64,000 nucleotides of DNA, from NCBI GenBank assembly GCA_907165135.1, contig OU015568.1, positions 3,410,001 to 3,474,000 on the forward strand. Reading direction: 5' to 3'. The stretch is from Oikopleura dioica. Taxonomy: Eukaryota; Animalia; Chordata. This document shows, one piece after another, positions 34,262 to 44,771 of this stretch (the stretch's first letter is position 1; the number at the start of each line of letters is the position of its first letter). The translations under genes and the position numbers were made by a program. The notes beneath the pieces are model-generated. The model was given only the letters and a program-made list of their open reading frames with translations, ran no database searches and was not told the origin of the DNA.

Positions 34262-36330
34262 TTTTCGCCTGACTCAGAAAGAGGCTGAGTGCAGAGCTTG
34301 CTTGACCTTGATGGAAACTCAGTCTGGCTACAAAAGCTTCGACCTTGAGCTCATCCCTCAGGATATAATTTGCCGTAGATCTCTCATTCTGGGCTCCCCA
34401 GAGGCGCGTTAATGATATTTAAGAAATGTTAACTCAGCAGAACTCGACCTAATTATTGAATCAGTGACCTTGACTCCTCGTCTGCAGGACGATATGCACC
34501 ATTTCATAAAGGCAATTAATAAGGTCTGTAACCCGCGATCACGTGATCCGATCAAAAAGTTTTCAATTACAATTTTTTCAATTGGGCTAAAATAAACACT
34601 TCTACAAAGTTTCGGGTACTTGGGGTTGATTTTTTGCTCGTCGGCCCTAAATATAATGATATGATATTTTCACTGCAGATTTTGCGGGACTATATTGAAG
34701 CTTCTTTACTAAAACAAAATCATTATTGTTCAGGTAAAAATGACGGTGAAATTATTCATAATAGTGTATTTCACTAACTAAGGAACACGTTCTTCTCAGA
34801 AAATAATTCGTAATTAGCTTCAACTTTTAAATAATATTATATATCATTTAGCCGAAATATTCCATAAAAGTCGTATGTCAGCTAAAAGAGTTTGATCGGT
34901 GCTCAGAGTCTGCGCTCCATGCTGCCTTCAGAATAATTGATCGACAATCTGGCTTTTACCCATTCTGAAACTATCCTTTAACTTCCAGTCTTCCTCGATT
35001 CCTCCAAATGATCTTTCCTTTTTTCATCTTTCTTTTTGGGGTTGAAGGGCAAAAGTGCCCAAGAGAATGGGGAAAAGCTTGGCGGAAGAAGATTTTGAAG
35101 GTATTCTCTTCCTTGATTTCAAATTCTTTCATTAATCGTAGCTCGTGAACGCAGCGGATCATTATGCGAGCATCAAGAAGGAGAATAAGGTCTTGCGACT
35201 TCATGATGATTGCATACCGATGATTTCGAACTTCAAATGCTTCGAAATGGAATCCCCAAACAAGGTAGCCTATCGAAAAAGTTGTTTTTCAGAAAACCTC
35301 TTTAGAAAACATGCGAGCTGATTGTATGGAACACGCCAGAAAAGTCATACCGTGGTTCACTGGAAACAACAAGTCGGCAGTCGAAAAATCCTGATATAGT
35401 CTGTTCTCTTCAGTTCAAGATGAAGAATAGAGCGATTCAAAGGGCTTCTTTTAAGAACACTTGCCAGAATGCGACTTATAGATTTTGGACGGAATGGTCA
35501 GAGTGGTCCGAATGTCCGAAACCTTGCGGGAAAAGTTTTTTATTTCAATAGAAGTTAACATGAATGAATTGATGATTCCGATCATCAAAAATAAAAATAT
35601 TCTTCAAAGACGAGCAAAAAGAACGAGAAACTGTCACGATGGAAAAACAGATGGCGAGGTGTCCTTGAAATCGTTTCTAGGAATCTGCGACGAAACGCTT
35701 CAAATCACCCATTCTGACTGCGAAAATGTAATGAATCCTGATTTTCATCCCTTCTTTTCATTTTCAGACCATTTGCCCAACGAACTTTTTCTTCTCGCTC
35801 GACGGAAACTCCATCCCCGAATCATATCCATTTTCCTCCCTCAATCCCGCTTCCAAAAAAGGTTCATCAGACCAACAAAGAGTGAAAGCTAATTGATGCG
35901 TTAGATTGCAAAGAGTTCGTCTTCACTGTCCTTCGAAATGGAAGTGAAATCGAGCTGAATGACGATCAATGCAATCGAATGGTCGAAGCTACTTTTGACG
36001 CTATTCGCGAAATCAACTCGAATAGAGGAGAAAACTCGTCCTCGGAAATTCTCAGTCGAAGATCCAGGTAAAACGCAAGGCGAAAAATTCTAGCTAGAAT
36101 TTTAACCTCATCATCTAGAACGCTAACACAGTCATTCTCATCAATTCCTAAACCAATTCCAAAATCGAAACCAGATTCAAATCCTGCATTTCCTACAGCA
36201 GAGTTTATAAATGATTCAAGCCAAAAAGATGAAATGAATCTCGTCGACATTCTTCAACAAAGAATCGACGAAAAAGATGAAGAAATCAAACGTCTTCAAG
36301 AGAGCAACAAAAACTGCTTCAATTCCTTAT
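34262..36330 (+). CDS. One or more multi-exon genes, including a thrombospondin type-1 repeat
   Basis: Exon-like open segments (FRLTQKEAECRACLTLM...; KKENKVLRLHDDC...; KTCELIVWN...RFWTEWSEWSECPKPCGK and RAKRTRNC, typical of TSP1; last exon ...IDEKDEEIKRLQESNKNCFNSL*). Gene boundaries unresolved. Confidence 0.45.
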
Positions 36331-36996
36331 AATAAAATACATAGGCAAATTGAGATACTTTCGTTTATTTGCTCGGAAATCACCAGGAAATACCAAGAGT
36401 TTTCATCTTCTCCATTATGTATCGGTCACAGTAGTCTTCAATCTCCACAAGACTGTAAATTCCTTCCAGCAAGTCGTCTCGAAAGACCCCTAAAATCCCT
36501 CAAGCTTAATTCTCATCATTTTCTTACGAGAAACGCATTTTTCCCGCTCCGACCAAAGGTCGAAAGAGAAAACAGTGGCGACTGAGAGAGTCAAAATGGT
36601 CAAAAAATGCATAGTCTTTGTGTTTATTTGAAGAGTGAAAATCAGAGGTTTTAAAGCAAAAATTTAATTATTTTTTAGCAAAAGAGGATTTCGCGACATA
36701 AGGTAGACAACCTTCAAGCGGCTTAAAAGGAAGATTAAAATAGTGCAGTTGGAACATTCTTTTTATTAACAAAATATGAGCACAAATATACTGACAATAG
36801 AATAAGCAACACAACAATTTCGATTGAGCGTCAGTTGAAGAAAAAATAGGGTCAAAAGCCAAGTTTAAATAAATCAACTCAAATCCAACTCTCTCTTTCG
36901 GAAATTCGTCCTTAGCATGTTATCAGGTTAAATTTTTGATTGCATCGCTTCTCTATTAAGAAGATGAGCTGAAGTGGATGACCATCAAATTTTCTG

Positions 36997-37279
36997 ATGA
37001 ACATTTTAAAAATATCTTTTGCTTTTCAACTGGTTTCTGCGATGTCTTTCCATGAATATCTTCAAACTGGGTTGAGAAAGGATCGAGAAGAATGCCTTGA
37101 CAGTTAGTATTTCTTCGATTTTTTTGTTAAAAAATATCAAAGATATGTACAAAGTCTTCATTGACCTAGAAGAGCAATTTGATCGACATGCTATAGCAAG
37201 AGTTTCAACAATATCGTCTTTTTTCCTTCCCACAAAACTTGAAACTCTCCTCAGACGAGTATTGCGACCGAGTTATTGA
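36997..37279 (+). CDS. Small secreted orphan protein A (2 exons)
   Basis: MNILKISFAFQLVSA-MSFHEYLQTGLRKDREECLD, phase-1 GT-AG intron, then MYKVFIDLEEQF...RPSY*. Confidence 0.6.
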
Positions 37280-37544
37280 AGCTGAAATCCTGAGCTATTT
37301 TCAACCAAGTGAATAAATCCGCTAGTTGAGTTAAAGAACACCTGTTCCATTTTACCGCAAAAACCGTGTAACACTGTTTTTCCTTTTTCAATATTGCAGG
37401 GCTCCTTACTAACGGTAAAAGTACCTTATAATGAGCTGATAGACGGATCAGCGGTTGAATTATTCATTCCTTCTCCGTGTTATAAAATGTCGAAGGCAGT
37501 GATCTTGGCAAGTTAGTTGGCAGAAATCGGCCGCACTATCGGAA

Positions 37545-37807
37545 ATGAAGATTTTCCAGTTTTTAATCGTTTCAAATCACATTTTTGCGATGACTTTCAA
37601 CGAGTATCTCATAGGTGGAATCAAGGAGGATAGAGAAAAATGTCTTGACAGTAAGTTTTAAGCTTTGTCGACTAGAATGATTTTTTCTTACTCTTTTCAG
37701 ACATGCAAAAGCTGATTCTTGGTATTCTTGGAAAATATGATCGAAAATTGGAAAACGAAAACTGCGATAAAATACTCGAAACAAAAATCATGTCCTTCTT
37801 TCAGTGA
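37545..37807 (+). CDS. Small secreted orphan protein B, tandem paralogue of A (2 exons)
   Basis: MKIFQFLIVSNHIFA-MTFNEYLIGGIKEDREKCLD, phase-1 GT-AG intron at the same position, then MQKLILGILGKY...MSFFQ*. Confidence 0.6.
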
Positions 37808-38231
37808 AAAACCTGCTTACTTTTAATAAATTATAATTAAGACCGATGCGAACATCGCAAAAAAGAGTGATGCTCAATCATCCTCTTCTCTGAACTTATT
37901 CACAATGCATAAACAGGCGCACTTGAATCGTCCAAACTTGGAAATGCGGCTCATAAAGCGTGAGTCACCAAGCACTAAAGCTTATTGTTCACAACGGTTA
38001 GTGGCATCTCAAAGGGAGAGAAAGAAGTGTTTTCGCGGGACCTCGTAAAGTCGAGAATGATTCTCGCTGTTTGAAAAAAAACTACTCCGTGAACGAGATT
38101 ATTTCTCAAATTCAAGCTCCAGCCCCGGAGGCAACGCTACGGTTCAATAAATAACCCCTCCGTTTAACTCCGATTGTGAGGAGTAAGAGAAAGATATCGA
38201 AGAAGAAAAGGAAAATTAGAAAAGGAGAAAT

Positions 38232-41200
38232 ATGAAGAATTGTCCAGGAATCTTGACAGCTCTTTTGGGGACGGAAATATTTGGCTTCAATGTCGAAACT
38301 CAGCAGCCAGTGGAACATAAAGGAATGTTTGAATTAAAATGAAATCGATTGTTTTATGAAAAAATGACTGTACAAGCGCGTCAATACAGTAAGATAAAGC
38401 TTATTTTCAAACAAATAAAAGGCGATATCGACAGTTACTTTGGCTTTTCTGCTGATATTGATGACAGTAAAAGAAGAAAGAAAATCCTTGTTGGAGCCCC
38501 AAAATTCCAGGGGAATGGAAGTGTATACGAATGTGACGTCATCTTTGGCGAGAATAGTTCTTGCACAAAACTTCAAGATCCTGAGTACCTAGACCCGTAC
38601 GGAAGCTATGTTTCGTCGAAAAACTTGGTCCCGGACCGAGGGCATCGATTGCTTGGAGCAGCGGTGAAATATACCGATGATAGTGAGAAGATCTACTGCG
38701 CGCCTGGAGATGGCAAGTGGAAACATGTTTATCCATACGACAGCTCAGATCTGCAAGAAAAAGAAATTGATAAATTCATCACTGGAGATGGCGACTTCAG
38801 ATTCCGTCGATTTGGATCGTGTTGGATCGATGACGAAAGATACCAACTGAGCGACGATGGCAAGGGAAAAGGATGGAGAATTATTGATCGAGAAAGAGAT
38901 GTCGTCATTTCAGCACTAGATACTTCAAATGCAAATGGTGTTCTTCTGAGCTACTCGTCGATAAACTCCGGAGGGCGGAAGATCTCGACGTCTCAACGGC
39001 TTAAAAAAATTGTTCCAGGAGACGAGGTCTCGAGAAAAGAAGGGTTCAAATCTGGTGCTGATTTTCTCGATATTCCTTTTGGCCCATCAAAGGGAAGACT
39101 TCTAGTTGGCGCGCCGCAATTCGACGGAGTCACGAAAAATGGAATTGTTTTGATTGCCGACGGCAGTAAATTCCTCAAGCCATCGGATTTCTCCGACCTA
39201 GACGAGTTCTGCATTCAAGCTGGACAACAGTTTGGCCATTCTCTCGCCCTTGGGCAAATTGAACCAAATCAAAAAGCATGGCTAGCAGTTGGAGCTCCTA
39301 CTTGGTCAGATCTTCATCATGTCAAGGCAAATCTTGGGAAGGTCTATGTTTATGAAATGACTGCAGATGGAGAATTCACGGCTAAATTTGTCTTGGAAGG
39401 AGATAAAGATGATCAGTACTTTGGAAACGCGCTTGTTGGTGGAATCGATCTGAATTATGACGGGTATGAAGATTTGATTGTTGCGTCGAAAAACAAACTT
39501 TCTGTTTTCAATGGAAACAAGGAAAATCTTCTGAACACAGGTAAATACAGTTATAATATAACTTCCACTAATCTTGTTCCAGACATTGACCCACAAGTCA
39601 TCCCAACTTCATCAATGACCCGGCAACTAACCGTTTCCCGAAATCTCCTCCTTGCTGGAATCCCTGAAGACTCGACCGTTAAAGTCTATCGAACTCGGCC
39701 AGTCGTTGAAGTGACATTCGAGCAAAAAATGAAAGACGACTTGATTCCTGTTTCGACAAAACCAGTATCAGAGACAATTATTGACTGGCAAGCTTGCGCA
39801 GAGTTTGTAGAAAAGAGCGCGAGAAATCGTGATGGTAGCGAAGGAACGGGTCAAAAAATCTAGAAATCAACGAACAATGCTCATGAAAATGATCTTTTCT
39901 GACCCAACAGAAAGTTACTCTTGCAGGATCAACCGTCTCAATCAAACTGGACAGCAAATATTCCTCCCCTCGATTAACCTACAAAAACAAGTCCGAATTT
40001 GACCTTCCGCTCCGAAAAGAAGGATCAAAAATGTGCACCAAAGAGATCAAAATGACCGTCACAAGCACGCAACTTTCGTCAAAAATCCGCCCTATTGTTG
40101 TCAGCGCAAAAGTCAATGCAAACATTCCAGAGGGGATCATGGCGCCAATATTGAGCCCCATTTCGCAAATTGAAGTTGACAGAGAGCTAGAATTCGATAG
40201 AAACTGTCCGCCAGATAATTTATGCAATTCTAAGGAATGGATATAATTTCATAAAAGGCAAGCTTTGCTCAATAAAAGCCAAGACTTTCGTTTTTTATAT
40301 CTTAAAAAAAGTTGCAAGCAGAAAATGATGTTACAATCAACCAGCCAAATCTCGCCGCCCGCACCCAGAAACTCACGAATTCTATCATCATGGACACAAA
40401 AAACGTCGTTACAGTCACAAGTTTACTCAAGGTCGGTCCCCAACAAAGCTACGGAGCTGTTCTTGAATATGTTCATCCTCTTATCACCGCTAATACGACT
40501 GCTTACACGGAGGGCAGTCAAAATTGTGAACAAAAAGATGGAGTCAGAACTTGTCAAATCGGAAACCCGCTTCGGCCGGGAGACTACAGATTTGAGACCA
40601 CTTTTACTTTCGATGATCCGAGGGCTAGAGAAGAAATGTAAGCTGAAAACTCAAAATCAAGAGATAAAAATCATTCTAGGTCAAAACTTCAAGTCAACTT
40701 TTTGAACGAAAACAAGCGACCTCAACCCTCTGAATTTGAGATCGATATTCCAAATGCCATCGTTCACAATCTTCCTCTCAAGTCAAAGACCTACATCAAA
40801 TCTGGCGAGTTTCCTGATGAGCCAGTGAGCAAGGCGTTCTACAATGACGAAACAGAAGGGATCGGTAGAAGCACTTTGAAATTCGAAGTGAATTTTCAAA
40901 TCTTCAATCTTGGCCCCGCGAGCTTTAGAAATGTCTTTGAACGGGTCAAAGCTTTTTATCCAAGGTTAGGACGCCTAAAGATATAATTTCTAACCATTTA
41001 ATAGCTCTTTCAAGACCGAACACGGGGATAAATTGAAAGTCCTAACTCCTACTTCGATGAAACTTCAGCAAACTCAAGGGAAAGATATCCTGACAACTGT
41101 TAATTGTGAGCATCAAAAAGCCAAGAAATCGAAGAAAGCTGCTGGTAAGAAAAACCATAAACACAAGTTCAATATTGTTGATTTCTAGCGGTGGAGCCAA

Positions 41201-41717
41201 CAGTCCACTATCAAGATTATAGCTGCGAAAATTCTCTTTCCTGCGATCAAATCACGTGCCCGAAGCCACCACGACCAATTGACTTCAAAGATGGCCACCG
41301 GCTAACTTTAAAGGTCGAATTTGATGTACATGAAGACTTGTTTTTTGTTGTCAGCAATCACTCGAGGATTTTTACGAGATTAGACTTTGACGTTCATGAA
41401 GAGGACTTTATTTATGGCTTTGGAGCACAAGCTTTTTCGAAAACAATAACGTATGTTACGGTTGAAAAGAAACGTCCTAAATTTATTGTTTCAGAAACGA
41501 ACTCCAAGTCCAACTGAAGAGTCTTTCACGGACCGAATCCATTCCATTTTGGGTAATTATTGTCGCCGCTCTCGGCGCGTTCCTTATTATTTTGATCGTC
41601 GTCCTTATCATGTGGAAGAAGAAATGCTTTGAATACGGCCCAAAGACGACGCAAGCCACCACCTCGAAGGCTGAAACTGCCCCGATGCTACAGGCGAAAA
41701 CTGAAGATATTCAGTGA
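38232..41717 (+). CDS. Integrin alpha subunit (no I-domain)
   Basis: Signal peptide and FNVE start, FG-GAP repeats (YFGFSA...ILVGAPK; LLVGAPQF; QFGHSLA...LAVGAP; YFGNAL...DLNYDGYEDLIV), thigh/calf segments (CPPDNLCN), TM IPFWVIIVAALGAFLIILIVVLIMW and a short tail ending ...TEDIQ*. Confidence 0.95.
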
Positions 41718-42011
41718 TCAAGCAATCTTCAATTAAAATTTCTAACTCCGCTACAACTCATTCCTGCTTGAATTTACATGTTAACTGACAAGTCTTGATC
41801 TGATCTCAAGAATTACACTGCGATTACTATCAGAAAAAGGTCAATTGTTACATAAGTTTGTAAATAATAAATAAAGTATAGCATATTTGAAATTTGTTCT
41901 CCTATCCAGGAAAGGATTTGTGATTTGCTTTTTTAATTCAAGAAAATCTCTTGCAAAAATAAATTTTGATCAAAAATCTTCGGATAAAGCAGCTTAATTT
42001 TTTACAAAAAT

Positions 42012-44328
42012 TTACATCAGTGCAAGAATTATAAGTGAAGTCATAACATTAAATAGTCTATCGAAGTTGTTTTTGGAAGAATTTGGCGACGAAGATTGCT
42101 TAGATTTAGACTTCTCCTCCTTCGGACTGCTTGTTAAATTCTCCTCATTTTTCTTTGTTTCTGTTATTTCTGTACTGTTTGAGGTATCTGAAGTGGTTTC
42201 TGCTGTACTTGGTTTTTGGGTGACAGTTGTGCTTGTCGGGCGAGTTTTTTGATTGAGACTGAAGTTCATCGAGTCTCGGAAAAGATCCCGAGTAATTTCT
42301 TTTCTTGTTCCCGTTTCTGGAGAGGGCGTTGGGCCTTTTGTGGACGTATCCAAAGATATTGTCAAACTTGGTGCGACTGTGGTCGTTGTTTCGAGGTAAA
42401 TTTGCGTTGTGTCAAGAATTATTTCATCATCGACCTCTTCTTTAATTTGCTCTGTTTTCTTGAAAAGCGTAAACGGCGTCTAAAAAATGGTTCATTTTAG
42501 ATACTTGATTATACATATTGAGGCTTACAGTTGAACTGACTGTAGTAGCAACTTTCGGATTTGATTCAGAAGAACTCGGAGCTCCGATCAGCTCGCAAAG
42601 AATGGCAGAAAGGGTGCATTCTGAAGGAGGGCTTGAAGTCGTAAATGTGAATTTGGTATCACTCAATGTGTCCAAAAATGACTTTTCCTCCGTTTCTTCT
42701 ACTTCATATTCTTTCATTTCCAGCAGAGTCGAGACATCTGGTGTGGTTTCATACAAAACGATGTTTGAAGAGGGAGTTGTGCCGATCAGACTCGAGGAGG
42801 CCGTTGTTTCATAAGGTATGAGAAGAGATGATGGTGTTGTCTCAAAAGGTATTAAATTTGAGCTTCCAGTGGTATAGAATGGAATTTCTTCTGCGTCTGT
42901 GACAAGATCGTAAAGCTCCATTTCTGCTGGTGTGGTTTCTAGAGGTCTTTTGTATAAGGATCTCTTTGTTGATGACCTACCGTAAAGGGTAGATGCTGTA
43001 GTACCAAGAGTGGTGTATCCAAGTCCTCTCAAAATCTCGATAGAGCTATCAGAGTAAATTTGGTAACAAAGGTCAACAGAGCAGCTCCACGGCCAAACTT
43101 CTCCAGCTTCACTGAAACTGCCATCGGCTTTGACCCAAGAATTCATAAATCTAAAAGCGATAAAGGCAAGATTTAACGAAATAATGCTTACTGAAATCTT
43201 GAGATAGCAGGAGTAAAGAGTTCCGCAGCACAACCTCCATCGCAACCGCCAAGAACGACGAGTTGATAGCCAAAGTTGACGACAACAGCTCTTGACCGGG
43301 CCATATTCATATTTCCAATGAGAAGCCACTCGGATGCTTCAGGAACAAGAGCGTAGACTTCCGACCGACGAGTACTGCGGGAGAGGACTTGAAGGCCGCC
43401 AAAGACATAAACAGTATCGAGAAGAGCTGTTGATGACTGACCTTAAAAATCATTATTATTTCAAGCATCGATAGAAATTCCGGACAAACCATAAATGGCT
43501 TCAGGAAGCTGAGTCCCAGGAATCCAAGTCGGGTTAAACGATCCTCCAGTCGCACCGCCTTCAGGAGCCGAAGGAAAAATTTCAACAGTATATTTTGTAA
43601 ACGGCTCTCCATCAAACAACCTTGTTCCAGTTTTTCCTCCAATCATGTACAGCCCTATCATCGTTGAAAAAATAATTTCTTTGAACGAAAAATACCTTTG
43701 GAAGTGACCGCTGTTGAGTGATCGAATCTGCTCTCCATCAGATCCGGCTCATCTCTCCAACCTGTCTCCGGCGAGAAACTCTCGCAGCTCGTTATGAAAT
43801 GCGATTGATTCTTTCCGCCACATGCCCAAATTCGATCTTGAAACACGACTGGATCGAAGAATCCCCGCGCGTTTTTCATTTTGAACGTTTTCTTCCATTC
43901 ATTTCTTGATTATTTAATATAAAAAATAAGATATAATAAAAACGAGGCTGTACCTGACAGGATCGTCCAGACGAAAAACGGTATCAGTTGGTCCGCGGCG
44001 CGAAAATCCACCGAGAAGGTAGAGCTCGTTCCGATAAATAACGTGACCGTGATAGAATCTTCCACGGTCGGGGAGTTGTGCTGAGTCTCGTTGAAATCGA
44101 GCTGTGTATGGTCAATTTTTTATGAAAATTTTGAAAAGACTGTTCTGAAACGCCTAAAATAACGGAATTCTCAAGAATCATAAGACCATTTCCTTTCATA
44201 TCAAGCGTCTTCGATTTCTCCTGGAACTCATAACCTCCTGAGACATAAATCTCGCTGCAGCACTTGACATCTTCATACCTTCCCTCCACAATATTTACAA
44301 GCAACCATAATAATCTCGCTCTTATCAT
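42012..44328 (-). CDS. Cell-surface Kelch-repeat protein with mucin-like stalk and probable GPI signal
   Basis: Signal peptide MIRARLLWLLVNIVEG. Five Kelch repeats across exons (ELYLLGG, RIWACGG, LYMIGG, VYVFGG, LVVLGG, with downstream Trp). Long Ser/Thr-rich region and hydrophobic C-terminus FNVMTSLIILALM*. Confidence 0.8.
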
Positions 44329-44771
44329 TTTCAATTTTCAAATTCTCTGTCCTTTTTCATCTCTGATTGAACGTTTGAAAATTTCGTTTAAGACTCAATC
44401 TTCTGAGCTCATTTCCGGAAACGACTCAAGTGGTCTCCTGTCGGAATTTTTCGACTTGGATTTGAAAAAGCTAAAAATTGAAGAGGGAAAATTTAAATGA
44501 CACTTTATGCTTTTAAACTTCTCTAAAGCATTGTAAGGGTCAGAGGGATGAGCATGTGCCCCAAGGCGCCCAATCGTGGATTCAAGAGTACTACTCTTGA
44601 ATCTCGTAAATAGTATTCGAGCCGCAGAGATATTTTGCCATAGGACCTGATTTAACCACAATGAGCCTTCTAGGGAACATCTTCTGGTTTTACTTTTATT
44701 TTTGAACAATAAGTTTTTCGTTAATTTATTCAAGCAGAAAGCATTTTTACACATGCACATTTCTCTGCTTC

